Shown here: one piece after another, positions 38,106 to 51,128 of the stretch
How the letters are laid out: the number at the start of each line of letters is the position of its first letter
Numbering within the stretch: position 1 is the stretch's first letter
DNA from: Cetorhinus maximus
Taxonomy: Eukaryota
Reading direction: 5' to 3'
NCBI RefSeq assembly: GCF_964194155.1
Contig: NC_135885.1
Span: 52,266,001-52,330,000, forward strand
DNA length: 64,000 nt
Program-made: the position numbers and the translations under genes
The notes under the pieces: model-generated
Seen by the model: the letters and a program-made list of their open reading frames with translations, nothing else
Told to the model about the DNA's origin: nothing
Databases searched by the model: none

Positions 38106-38414
38106 TGTGATGATGTACGCTCTCACCTTGGCCAAAAATATCTGGGCGTTTTCTAAATGATGTTTGAAAATAATTTCCATAAGCCAACAACTTAGATCAC
38201 GAGAACCGTCAATTAATTTCTCACCTCAACATGTCAGCTTGTTAAATTTTTTAAAATCTAGCACGAAATTTCAACAAATTAACAAATCAATGTGAAAAAA
38301 GATTTTAAAAATTAAGACATAAAATTAAGAATGTTAAAAATTGATTGTAACAAAATTGAAGATTACACATTGCAACAAAAATACATGCTCAATTTTAGGC
38401 TTCATCATTTTGTC

Positions 38415-38625
38415 AACCAGCACAGAAGCCAATTTGCATACAACAAGGTTCCACAAACAGCAATGAGATAAATGACCAGCTAATCCAGTGTGTGTGGTGT
38501 TGGATGAGAGATAAATATGGGTCAGGAGATAAAGAACTTTCAACTCTACTTTGAATAGTGTCCTGGGATTTTTGACAGCCACCTGAACAGGCAGGTTTAA
38601 TGTCTCATCTGAAAAATGGCGCCTT
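38415..38625 (-). mobile_element. DeuSINE fragment
   Basis: Similar to 18135-18513 (cccacaaaca.caatgaga..ccag.taatc; gggat.ttt; gtttaa.gtctcatc). Confidence 0.6.
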
Positions 38626-39119
38626 TTAGCGATAGAGAACTGTTATAAACAGTAACTCAAAACAATTCAGAGTTTGATGGTTACTGGTTATATATTGGTT
38701 ACTTTAATAGCGAATGGAGTATTTAAGTTATTAAAAAGATAATGACTCTGATTTTGGTCAAAGAATATTCTAGCCATTCAATTCTTTGCACACTATAGGC
38801 TTTTCCACATTCAAGATGTGCACCAAAATCAAATTATTTAAATTCCGAGATAGCTTTACCTCCCAAATATATATACATTACACACCAACCTTTAGCCCAT
38901 TCAACAAAATTGAAAACATGTTGCAGCTTTTAGAAGAACTCTGATAATTAGTTTGCACGAAAATCAAACCTGCAAAATAACTACACTGATGGGCAGCAGT
39001 ATTGATGCATCTGGCAATTCTCAATACTGCCAGTCATTTCTTCCTTTCTCCAGACTACATATAAATAAATATCTAAAAAAAAGTGCTCCACTCCATTTGT
39101 AATTCCTCAGATAATAAGG

Positions 39120-40160
39120 AATCCTGCATGCAGCAAGGTCTAGACAACATACAGGCTTGGACTGAGTGAGAAATTTATTCAGGTATACAAATGCCAGGTA
39201 ATGACCATCTCCAATGAGACAAAGTCAATCCATCTCCCTTTGACATTCAATGGTATTACCATCACCAAGTCCCCACCATCAACATCCTGAGGGTCACCCT
39301 TGAACAGAAACTTAACTGAATCAGTTATGAAAATGTTGTGGCTACTAGAGCCAGCTCAGAGACTGGGTATTCTACAGCAAGTGATTCACCTCCTACTCCC
39401 AAAAGCCTGTCTACAAGGCACAAGTGAGAATGTGATGGAATATTCTCCACTTGCCTGGATGAGTGCAGCTGCAATACCACTCAAAAAGTTCAACACCTTC
39501 CAGGTCCTTCTGTGACTCTATGAAACATGCACTCATTCCCTCATTGGCACAACGGAGCTGCAGCATGTATTGTCTACGAGCAGTGCAACAACTCACCAAA
39601 GTTTCTTCACCTCCACCTGGAAGAACAGGGACAACAGATACATGGGAACACTAACACCTCTATGTTCCCCTCCCAAGTCACACACCATTCAGACTTGAAA
39701 ATATAATCACCATTCCTTCATCATCGTTGTGTTAAAATTATGAAATTACTGACCCAAAAGTATTGTGGGAGCTCCTTCACCATATGGACTGCAGCAGTTC
39801 AAGAACAAGGTCCACTACCACTATATGTTCTCATGGGTAACTAGGGGTGGGCAATGTATTGATCCTTATGTCTGTGACATCTTTTGATTATCTGCTCTTA
39901 TTACTGCTTGCTTATCTCCACAATCACCACACCCTCAACTTCTCTCTCCCCCCGCCCCACCACCTTAAACCAGCTTATATTTCACCTTTCTCCTAACTAT
40001 GCTTCAGTTCTGCCGAAGGGTTGTGAAGACTCGAAACGTTAACTGATTTCTTCTCCACCGATGCTGCCAGACCTGCTGAGTTTTTCCAGGTAATTCTGTT
40101 TTTGTTGTGGGCAATAAATGTTAGCTTTGTCAGCAAAACCCATATTCCAAGCATGTTTAT
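39120..40160 (+). mobile_element. 3' third of the single-ORF LINE family, with a Penelope pLTR inserted in its tail
   Basis: QRLGILQQVIHLL, VMEYSPLAWMSAA. The tail is split by insert 39856-40106 with TSD gtgggcaat (39847-39855, 40107-40115). Confidence 0.85.
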
Positions 40161-40587
40161 TTGAAACCATAATCAGAAGAGTTTCTACTAGTGTAAAAGA
40201 GGGTTTACTTTCCTTTTTCCACCTCCTGAGCTTAAATTATCAAAACATTCGAAAGGCCTCTAGTTCTATTCTATTCAACTGGTAATTTGAACAAAGCCAT
40301 TATTCTCATCCCACTGTGAACAATCTGGCCAGCTAGAACAGAAAATAGCATTGCATTAGATGATTATCCTTTAATTAGTTTATATAAATGAGACAACTCT
40401 TGGTCCTTGCTTTTAAAAAACCTCAGGATTACTTTTATATAATGATAAATGAAGGCAAGTAATGCAAAAGAACTTGTCAATGAGCAAGACACACATTATG
40501 TCTGAGCAATTAAATTGCGTGTCATTATCAAACTCTGCCAAATTTGGAAATCATAAACAAAAAAATTAGCCTCTAAATAAAGGTAGG

Positions 40588-40790
40588 CCTTGTCCTGGCC
40601 AACACTCTTCACTCAGCCAAAAATATACTCTGATCATTAATTCATTTTCTATTTGTTGGACTTTGCTGCATTCAAACTGGCTGTCATATTTGCCGACATA
40701 ACTACAAAAGTAACCCATCAGTTGCAAAAAGGTTTTGGAACATCTGAGGACATTAAAGACACATGCTACAGAAATGCAATTTTGTGCTTT
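40588..40790 (+). mobile_element. DeuSINE 3' half
   Basis: tgtcctggccaa...gctgtcatatttgccgacataac...ttttggaacatctgaggacattaaagacacatgctacagaaatgcaa. Confidence 0.55.
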
Positions 40791-42011
40791 CTTTGCCAGC
40801 ATGTCAAAGGACTCTGGCAGCTTCCAGACCTGTGATTTGAGATAGATGTTTTCTCTTTCTCCTTAAAAATAAATACTTTGCTAATCACAGGGAGATCTAG
40901 ATTAGCTCTCAGGGGTTGCAGTTGCAAATCTGCACCAAAATAACATTTTCTCGGAGAACTCTGCAAATGAAGAAACACCCTGTGGTCTTGTACAGTTTTC
41001 AAATGCTCCATCATATTCATTATTAGCAATTTAGTGATTTCCTCCAAAACCACTTTGAGACAAGGCGAGTAGCTTTTTTTGTTGTCTTCCTTCCACCATT
41101 TTTCTCTATAAATGTTGCTAAGATACATTTTATTGCGTATTTCCTCACTCATTCTCTATTACTCTGTAAACTGCTTCTTCCCCACATTTCCTTACTAATT
41201 CATTCAACTTGTACATCTTACATTTGTTGATGTACATGGCACACTATAAAATGGCAGCCAATGGAATCAGGCTGCAGTAATGTATTAAGCTCAACTGGAA
41301 GATCGCCAATGAGCTAGCACAGAACATGTAGATGAAAGAGAAACTGAAGCATTAGGACTTTTTGCTGAAGCCATGAGACAATGGAGGGATGGCCACATGA
41401 GATGGAGAGGGCAGCAATGATTGGCTTGGAGTTTGGGAAGGAATTTGGGGTGAGGCAGGCAATCTGGGCTTGAAATCAAGCACGGAGGAAAGGTACAACC
41501 TGACAGCACTCAGTGGAGAAGGAGTGATCATAGTCTGGTAATACTCAGGAGATGGAAGGGAAAGGAAGTACAGGACTACATCAGGAACCAGGTATTGGCA
41601 AGATGAGAAAGGCAGCATTATTTTAAAAATATATTGGCTTTGTAATGGAAGCCTGGCCACATGGTGGGCTCTGAGAATTGTGGCGCAGTTGTTTAGTACA
41701 AGTCCCAAGCCCTGGGTCAGGCCATTTTTCTAAAAAAAAGAACATTCCGGCTGTCCCCTGTCCAGTTGCACCAGGACAAAAGGCACAGGATAAACTCCAG
41801 TAATAAGGATCTGGATTTGCAGAGAAGTTGTTGAATTGATAGGAATAGGGGAAGTTGACAGATGATTTACATCGTTAATTTTTGCATGTGTTTATCACGT
41901 CAGAATTATTTTTATATGGGAGTATGTAGTGGAATGGGTGGGGAACCAATACGACTTCTCAAAAGAAAGAAAATTATATAACTAAACCCACAGAAGGTAA
42001 ACTACTCAACT

Positions 42012-42345
42012 TAACAGCAATTGGAATTTATATAGTACCTTTCATGTAGCTAAATTTCTGAAGGCACTTCACAGGAGTGTTGTCAAACAGAAACTGATAC
42101 CAAGACACACAGGCAGAGATCAGGGCAGGTGATCAAAGCCTTGGTCAAAGAGGAAGATTTCAATGAGCATCTTAAAAGAGAGAGAGACAACAAGGCACAG
42201 AGATTTAGAGGGAGAATTCCAGGCTAAGTACCTAGGCAACTGAAAGTTTGGCTGTCAACGATGGAGCAGTGAAAATTTAGGTCATACAAGAGGTCAGAAT
42301 TGGAGGTGTGCAGAGATCTTGGAGAGTTGCAGAACAGGAGGAGGT
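42012..42345 (-). mobile_element. L2 3' end
   Basis: L2 tail (tttatatagtacctttcatg...aaggcacttcacagg) and coding end; ORF 42224-42412 RSLHTSNSDLL. Confidence 0.7.
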
Positions 42346-44539
42346 GCAGTTGTCCCAACCTGTGAACATTCTGTTCCATATACAATAGATAATGGTCCAA
42401 AGAATAACCCACATAAAATCTTTATGAAGTTCTCCCTGGGAATACTGTACCCATCTGCTAACTTGTCCTCAAATATCAGTTACTGTTGATTAATTCAATT
42501 CTACAGGCAGAAGATAGCTCATTTGCTAAGCAAAGCCCTAAATATATTTCACACCAGCATGATACATATAATGGAACTAATTTATAGTTGACTTATATCT
42601 GGTGAACAAAAATCAATATTCCAATTCCTTTCAGGCACAACTGAAATTAATCCAACTACTGTCATACCAAAATTGGATCTATTTAGTGAAAAATGGAGTA
42701 CTTATTGTGTAAGCTTTAGCTCATAAACAGCAATGGAATATGTATCACAGATCGATGGAAACGAGTAACTCCGGTCTTGAAGAACTTAATCTTGGTCACC
42801 ACGCTGACTGAGTTACTTAAAGAGAACATTTGATTCAGTTAACCATAGAAAATAACCCCAGGATTACAATCAAGTCAACACAAGTCACATGCTAAACAGC
42901 ACAGATCTCAATTCTAAGTCACTAACTTCCATGAATCAAGCTAACTTGCCTACTTTTCCACAATTCAAGGTGCTAACCAAACATTAATGCCAAATCAGTA
43001 AAATATTTGATGCATTGACGTTTCTCCCCACCATAGATTTTACTTTCAAAATTCCACTATATTTATTAGTGCATTTAGCAACCGAAACAAACTTTCCACT
43101 TAAAATACTCCTGCAGATTATAACAATTTTTCAGACATTCCACAAAGTTTTTTAAAAATGAGTTTTTACTGGGCTAAATTTCATGTTGAAATGTCTGACA
43201 AAATAAATGCCAACTGGCAAATGTATTACCAGCATAAGAACATTAGAAATGGTATCAGGAGTAGCTTAAAATGTATATATAGCTCTCTATCTCATAATAT
43301 GACCAACTGGCTGAATTTTCTAAAAAAAAAAATTCCACCTAATCTCTGAAAGACCTACACATACCCTTGTGTTTTTAAATACAAATACAAGATTGGGGGA
43401 AGAGAGCAGGAAATTGAAAAGCTTGTAGGAGAGAACCATCAAGGCTATCATGAAAAGTTTCCCCATAGGTTACATTAGTGTCAGATCATTGCAAATTTCA
43501 TACAATATATCCTGGGTAAAGTTACAACAGCATGTTGAAGCACCAACATGATTTGTTCTTGATCCCAACTATGCTACCACTGAAGAGATTGAGCAAAAGT
43601 CAAGCACTTCCCGACAAGAAAGAGGCCTGCATTTATATAATGTCTTCCACAATCTAAGGACACCTCAAAGATCCCCTTGAACTAGGTGACTTGAGTATAT
43701 TTTTCCTACCTTTTTAACTTCACCACTCGTATCTAAAATTGGAAATTAATAACTAAACATATGAAAAACTGCTGCTTCTTGGCATGTTTTTTAAAAACAC
43801 ACAATACAAAATATAGTGAAGCAATACATTTTCTCAAACCAAATGAACATTTTACTACTAAATTGCTATTACAGAAAACTGATTTGAAAAGTATAGAAAG
43901 CATGGCACGAACAATGGAGGAAACATATTACATCTATATCCACTGACATACATGTTAAGCAACGTAAGGCAAAGGTGACTGAAATGCAATGGTTTCAAAT
44001 CTCTCTTATACTTAAGTAAAGAAATGAATTTAAACAATCTAAATATTCTTTTTTCTGATGATTAGCAAAAATAAAATATATGCTATTCAATTCTACACAA
44101 AAAAAGCAAATACAAGCACTGAAATTTATCTTCATTCTAAGAATACATCAGCACTATGTGGAAGGCGATTTAGGCCTTCCCAATGCAATTTTATTGGCAA
44201 GGTAATGCTGACAGCAACAATTTCTAACGTCGGTATAATACCCAGTATACACACAATGCACTCCTGGAATCTGCAGAAAATGCAAATACTTATTCACCAG
44301 ACACTTATAATTGTGATTATCTTTCATCCTGCTTCCACTTGGTACACAATTTGCAAGCCTCCAGAGTCTTAATTGAAGGGAATTTTTAATTAGCATAATA
44401 TAGCACTGCTGGTGTATCCTTAGTACCATTCCAGCATTGAAATAAAAGTTAATTTGATATTGAGAAAACATTTTTTAGGTGAAACAAAAGAGTTAATCAG
44501 CTCCATTCATTCACTTTGCTGAATACCTCCATTCAGTCT

Positions 44540-45125
44540 GCAAAGGTGACCACTAGCTGCTGGTAGCTTGCCATTTTACTGTCCTAATCCCATTCCAACC
44601 TATCTGCCCTGATTTCTTATACAGTTTCAATGAAGTTCAACAAAGCTGAAACAACAGCACCTCATCTTTCAATTAGGCACTTTACAATCTTCCTGACTCA
44701 ACATCAACTTCAACAATTTCAGACAAATAATCCCTGCTCCAATTTTTCAGAGAGCAGGTATTGGTAATAACTCTTCTGTTGCCATTTACACTTCCTCTAG
44801 ACCCATCTTTTCTTTCTCTACTTGGGCCATTACCGCCCTTTTTCCTTGTACCATCATGCCTTGCCATTTAATCACTCCTGTCTTCCACACTATCACAGAT
44901 TTACCCTTTGTTCTTTCTTCCCCTTCCCCTCCACCCACCACCCCCACCAACATCCACCACCCCCCACCTCCCTCCACCGGCCCCTCCTCTGTACTTGCTT
45001 AAACCCTTTCACATCTCTTAGCCTTTTCAGCGCTGAAAGACTACCAACCCGGAACAGTAACACTGTTGTTCTCTCTCCACAAATAGCCAGATCTGTTTGA
45101 GTACTTCCAGCATTTTCTGTTTATA
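44540..45125 (+). mobile_element. Penelope 3' end (GIY-YIG C-terminus + UTR/pLTR), old
   Basis: KLKQQHLIFQLGTLQSS*LNINFNNFR at ~44643-44723, followed by a pLTR-like tail. Confidence 0.8.
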
Positions 45126-45817
45126 TTTATTCTTTCTTTTAGGCACACAATTTCAATTCTGCCGTGACTGCATAACTTTACAACTTGACTATCATCAAAA
45201 TGTACCATATGCCCTAGATAATTTACAGCTTCCATGGCAGAGTGGAATATACACAGCAGTTAACAATTAGTGAAGAATCATTATATCTGCTCAGTTTGGA
45301 GGTAACTCGCTATCACACAGCTCATTCTTTAATTTTCTTTATCCACAAATTCACCACCACTATGTTCAACTTCAGCTAGATACAAGGAAATTATTGAATT
45401 GTGGTTTTTGTTAAGAATTAACAAATCAAATTAAAAATGTTCAATTTCCTCTATTTATAAAGGAGGACATTGTTGGCTATTATCCTCCTTGTCAGTTGCA
45501 ATTGAAAGCTGCTGAAACAAAGTGTGCCACTCGATCTGGAAGTTAGCCCAAAATTGATCTATGGCACCTTTATATACCCCCATATTCAGCAAGATGAGCA
45601 ACTCAGAGCAAATTAGAAGGGTCAAGAATAGGTTAATGTTGAGTGATTTCAATTGATCATCTATTAAGTAGATTGATGAACGCAGATAAGTTTAGAAGGA
45701 AGCAAGGTAGATACATTCATTAATGATGTTAGTGATTGCTTTCTTGTTCATGTTGGGCTGAATATAATCTATCAATTTAATTTAATTCTTCATAGCAACA
45801 CTGATGAAAGCCGATGC

Positions 45818-46215
45818 ACATAAGATTATAAGAAACAGGAGTAGGCCATTCAGCCCCTCAAGCCTGCTCCACCGTTCAATATGATCATGGTTGATCTGAC
45901 TGTATTAAACACCACGTTCGTGTGCCCCCCCCCACCCCACCCACACAGGGAGAGTTCAGCGCTTCAGGGTCCACGTCACACTGGGTGGGCCTTAATTGGT
46001 GCACAGCCAATCACGCCCAGTACCCCCAACAGGGAGAAAATTCTCCCCATATGTTTTAATAAGATCACCTCTCATTCTTCTAAACTCTATTCAGCTCAAG
46101 CTGCCCAACCTTTCCTCATAAGACAACCCTTCAACCCAGGAATCAACCTAGTGAACCTTCTCAGAACTGCTTCCAATGCAAATATATCCCTATTTAAGTA
46201 TGCAGCCCAAAACAG
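45818..46215 (-). mobile_element. CR1 3' fragments
   Basis: aggccattcagcccctcaagcctgctcc tail; ccaggaatcaacctagtgaaccttctc (RRFTRLIPG on the minus strand). Confidence 0.75.
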
Positions 46216-46439
46216 TGCATGCTGGGGAAGAATCTGGCAATTGTGCTAATTTTATCATCAGGTTTCAGTTGTTAGGAAAATTATTGTAGCAAATAGTTTA
46301 CTGTTAAAAGCTGATATCAGGAGGTGGCAGTTTTGAAACTCGAGAAGAGATTTAAGGAAGCTAGGTTTGGGTGTGCAGCTAGACAGGTGCAATAAAGAAA
46401 TATAAGTTTTTAAAAATGTATAATCATTGGTGTGGTCAC

Positions 46440-46880
46440 GGTCAGCCATGGCTCAGTTGGTAGCACTCTCACCTGAGTCAGGAGGTTGCAGGTTTAAGTC
46501 CCTGTCCAGGACCTGAGTATTAAAAATCTAGGCTGACACTCCAGTGCATTGTTGGGGGAGTGCTGCACTGCTGGCGGTATCATCTTGCAGATGAGCCATC
46601 TCAGTTGAATATAAAAGATTCCATGGCATTATTTTGAAGAAGCGAAGAAGAATTATCCCTGTGTCCTGGCCAATATTTATCACTCAATTAACATCACAAA
46701 AACAGATTAGTTGGTCATTATTCCTTCGCTGTTTATTGGAGCTTCCTGTGCACAAATCAGCTGCTATATTTCCTACATTACAACCATGGCCACATTTCAA
46801 AAAACACTTCATTTGACTGTAATTTGCTTTGAGACATCTCATGTCTCTATACATGGCCCTATACAAATGCCAGCCTCTGT
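46440..46880 (+). mobile_element. Full-length tRNA-headed DeuSINE (SacSINE1-like)
   Basis: A-box tggctcagttgg, B-box-like ggtttaagtcc, Deu core aaagattccatggcattatttt...tgtcctggccaatatt, L2-type tail ctatacaaatgc. Confidence 0.78.
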
Positions 46881-47189
46881 TTGACATGGAAACGTTTTAA
46901 ATTCTGCAGATTAAAAGGAAGGCAAATGATAAAGTGATACCTAAATGGTTAAATAAGGCGGCTCGTGGAGAAATCAGCATATAAAAATTAATATTTCACA
47001 GGCCATAAAGCCATCAACTGGCAGCAGAATCAGAAGAGATGGAAGATATTTGAGGATAACTAAAACCGCTGTTAGGTGGGAATAAAATTTATAACGGACA
47101 GGCACTAGTAGATGGTAAAGCATTTGTTAGGTACAGACACCTGGAAATGACCACAGACCATATAGGTCCTTTAAGAGAATTAGCAAGGC

Positions 47190-48030
47190 AGGTAACAACA
47201 CTTGCATTTATACAGCACCTTTAACATAATAAAGTGCTTCACAGAGGCATCATAACACAAAATAGGATACCGATGTATTTAAGGAGATGTTAGTGCAAAT
47301 GACTAAAAACTTAGTCAGAGATTTTTTTTAAAAAAAGAGTATGTTTCAAAGGAAGAATCTGAGGTAGAGGCAGAGGGGTTCAGTAAAAGAAATCCAAAAC
47401 TTGGGATCTAGGCAGTTGAAGGTACAGCCATCAAAGGTGGAGCGATTAAAATTGAAGATGCTCAAGAGAGTGGAATTAGATGAGCTGGGATATCTTGGAG
47501 AGGCGAGAGGCAACACCATTGAGGGATTTGAAAACAAGGATGAGAATTTTAAAATCAAAGCATTGCTTAATTGGGAGCCAGGGTAGGTCAGCGGACACAG
47601 GGGTGATGGGTGAACAGGATTTGGTGCAAGTTAGGACACGGCTAGTAAGGTTACTCCAAGGTTACAGAGGGTAGAATGTGAGAGGCCAGCAAAGAGTGCA
47701 TTAGAACAGTCTGGGGGTAACAAAGGCACAAATGGGGGTTAGGCAAGGGCAGGATCAGGTGATGTTATGGAGGTGGAAACAGGCGGTCTTACAGGCAGTA
47801 CAGAATTGTGGTTGAAAACTCATCTCAGGGTCAAGTAGAATACAGCGATTGCACACAGTATGGTTCAGCCTCAGATAGTCACCAGGGAGAGGGATGGAGT
47901 TGGTGGCGAGGGAGCAGAAATTGTGACGGAGACCAAAGGCAATGTCTTCCATCTTCCCAATAGTTAATTGAGGGACCTTTCTGCTCATGTAGTACTGGAT
48001 GTCAGACAAGAAGTCTGAAAATTTAGAAAG
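47190..48030 (-). mobile_element. L2 3' portion
   Basis: ORF 47755-48051 LSDIQYYM..LTIGKME..NHTVCNRCILLDPEMSF..KTACFHLHNI; ORF 47346-47558 TFNCLDPKFW. Confidence 0.8.
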
Positions 48031-49234
48031 AGGTGTTAATGTCATCAGCATACATGTGGGAACTGATAGGTTTTCTATTAGATTAGAGGAACAGGATTTG
48101 GCTGAAGAGCTAAAGAGGTACTTTACATCTGTTTTTATTATTGAAAATGATGCTAAGGTGCAAGAAATGGTAGCTAACAGTGCTGCAACAACTGATTTTT
48201 ATAAAAGCAAATGCAGAAATAGTTTTAGCCAGGATTAAAGTGCCCAAGGTTAATTGAGCTACAGGATCTGATAGCGTTTATGAACACAACAGTCCCCACA
48301 GAAATTAGGAACTATTGAGCCAGACATTCGCTCAGATTCAATTTTTCATCGAGATCTTCCAATGATCTGGAGATAGGGACATGCAGTTCCAATATTTAGA
48401 TACCAGAAACCACTGCCCTGTTAATTTGACATTTGATGGCCTACTCCTACACCTATGTTCCTATGTTACAACAAAAAGACTGCAGGACATTATAGGGCTT
48501 GTAATTTTTCCCATCTGAGAAACCATTAGACAATCCCAGCTTGGCTTTAGGAAAAATGATTCAGTCACACTAACCTGATTCAGTTCTTCAAGCTACAATC
48601 CCCAGAGTTTATGGCAGGACACATTCACGTGAACTCAATCTAGCTGCTATACATAGTAACAGCTGTATAACAGCAACTGCGCGAAACATTAATAAAATTC
48701 AAAAATAAAACAGGTAAAGATATTTATTAGGAGGGGAAATGGGTTTCCAAATCTTCAAACTGTATAGCACAGACCTTGGGAGAACTACGGACCGCGGGAG
48801 CTTCTAATCCAGCCCACAGATCTGCATCGGGGAAGCACGCAAGGTGCACCAGCGACCACAATGCAACCAGAGTGTGTCTGGCACCTGGTCAATTGGTGTC
48901 GGGGGCTGAAAGTAAAATGCTGATTCTGGAGAGATTAAAGGAATCACTTCAAGGCCAATGGAAGTACTTCCAGATAAGTTGGAGTTGGCTCATGATCCGG
49001 AGGCCAGAGACACGCTTTACTTGGAGAGTGCAGCCAGCATGTTAAAGAAGGCAAACACAAGTGAAGCAGCATGAGAGCAGCACAAGGTAAGTGTGCATTT
49101 AAGATTACTTATTAGATTACTGTAGTTTTGCTTTGCTTTTTGGTTTTGCAAGTATATACACTGTATTTTTAAACTTCAACCTATTTCACATTTAGGTTTT
49201 AGTACTCTTTATGAAAAGTCGAGTCAACTCATAT

Positions 49235-49428
49235 AAAAGCAAAATACTGCTGGAAATGTGAAATAAAAACCAAGTGCTGAAAAAAAACTCAGCAGGTCTG
49301 GCATCTCCGTAGAGAGAGAAAAAGTGTTAATGATTCGATGACTTCTTCAGCTCTGAACAGTTAACTCTGTTTCTCTATCCACAGATGCTGCCAGACGTGC
49401 TGAATTTTTCCACCACTTTGTTTTTACT
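49235..49428. mobile_element. Palindromic Penelope pLTR mini-insertion
   Basis: Inverted arms; TSD tcaactc(a/t)tat at 49224-49234 and 49429-49439. Confidence 0.75.
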
Positions 49429-49959
49429 TCAACTCTTATGTAGTTTTGTTTTCTCCATTTTTCTCTTTTCCTCACTGAAAGGGCTGATTCTTGCTGAGGT
49501 CTGGTGCCATGGGTGCTGGCAGTCCAGGATTTGAACCTAGGACCTTCATGTCTGCATTGCATTAGTTACACCTATACCCACCAGAATGGTTATATATCTA
49601 CAATCTATTAAAAAATCTTGCATCTGTATGTATGTCCTGTTAACTTTTACATTATAAATTCCTACTGCCACCTCAAAACTGAGAAAGTCAAGAGTAGATT
49701 TAATAGAGGTGTTCAAAATCATGAAGGGTATTGATTAGGTAAATAAAAGAGAAACTGTTTCTGGTAACAGAAGGGTCAGTAACGAGAGGACACACATTTA
49801 AGGTAATTGGCAAAAGGACAAGATAGCAAATTTGTAGACTGAGAAAAAAAACTTGATCTACAGTTCTGCTTATGAACAGGGAATGAGATATTGAAGCAGA
49901 AATGCTGCTCTATACAGTGAGTCCCATGATATGTATGACTAAAGGTCTCCACAAGCAAT

Positions 49960-51128
49960 AAAATAAATACTGAGAATACTGGTCATCTGAAATAAAAACA
50001 AAAGTGAAAAAACTCAGGAAGTCTGGAAACATCTATGAAGAGAGAAACAGAGTTAATGTTTTGAGTCGAATATGACTCTTCCTCAGATCTGCTGTAGAAG
50101 CGGGCTGTTTGCGGTTGGGGGGGGGCAAGAGCTGTGAAGATGTGAAGGGAAGATCTCCAGAGGAGAGGAGGGCAGCGACAGTCCTGGAAACAATTGCTTA
50201 GTGTTTGGTGATGGGGTCATGATCAAGGGAGAGATAGGAAGAAGTGTCTGAGAATTGGCTCTCAGCCTCTGCAAAGTAGAGGTCAGTACACCAGACATCA
50301 ATAGCACCCCCCTTGTTAGTAGGTTTGATAACAATGCCTGGGTTAGACCTGAAAGAACTGAATGCAGCAAGTTCAGAGGGAGACAGGTTAGAGTGAGCAA
50401 GGGGAACAGAAAAATTAAGGTGGCCAATGTCATATTGACAGTTCTCAATGAAAAGATCAAGAGCAGGTAAGAGGCCAAAGGGAGGAGTCCAGGTGGAGGG
50501 AGAATACTAGAGGTGGGTGAGAGGGTCCGCTGGTTGGGGAGGGTGGACGCCTGCCCAAGGAAGAGAGTACGGAGGCAAAGGCGACAGAAGACAAGCTCAA
50601 CATCATGCCAAGCTCAAAATTCACTGAGGTGGGGCATAAGGAGATAAAACTGAGTCATTTCCTAGGAACCGATCGTTCAGCGTTAAAGGGGTGGTGGCGG
50701 AGGCAGGAGCATCAGAAGGTATTGTGAATTCATGGCAAGAGGTGGGACTAGAAGAGGAGATGGAGTCAGAGGGAAGTGAAAGGAAAGATAGATCCGTAGA
50801 GGTGTTGGAGCATATGTTAACACCTAAAAGGAAGAGAAAAGGCTTTTAAAGCACCGGATGAGACAAAGGATGAAATTAACCTCCAGACCAGAACAGCTGT
50901 GAGGTAGGGTGAGTCGATGCTGCTGGAGAGAGGTTGGGTGTGTACATGCGGTGACACATGGCCCTGAGTGTGCATCTCAGGATACAGCGAGATCAGTAGT
51001 TTGAAGAACGTTGGCTGTCTCAATACCTGTAATCCTGGGTTGATCTGAAACATGAAGGATGGAACTTCAGTTGGAGTCCACATGTTCTGAAGTGTCGCAT
51101 TTGATTTGATAGACCTGCTGTTTTTATT
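49960..51128 (-). mobile_element. Penelope derivative: ORF N-terminal region joined directly to pLTR; 15-bp TSD
   Basis: Minus HSNLSPSELAAFSSFRSNPGIVIKPTNKGGAIDVWCTD (PLE DKG motif) running to PQTARFY, then hammerhead/pLTR. TSD gtctccacaagcaat at 49945-49959 and 51129-51143. Confidence 0.82.

Noticed and set aside
40766-41152. 128-aa minus ORF
   Set aside because: Runs into a DeuSINE tail, lacks clear motifs, and is at best a very old LINE remnant.
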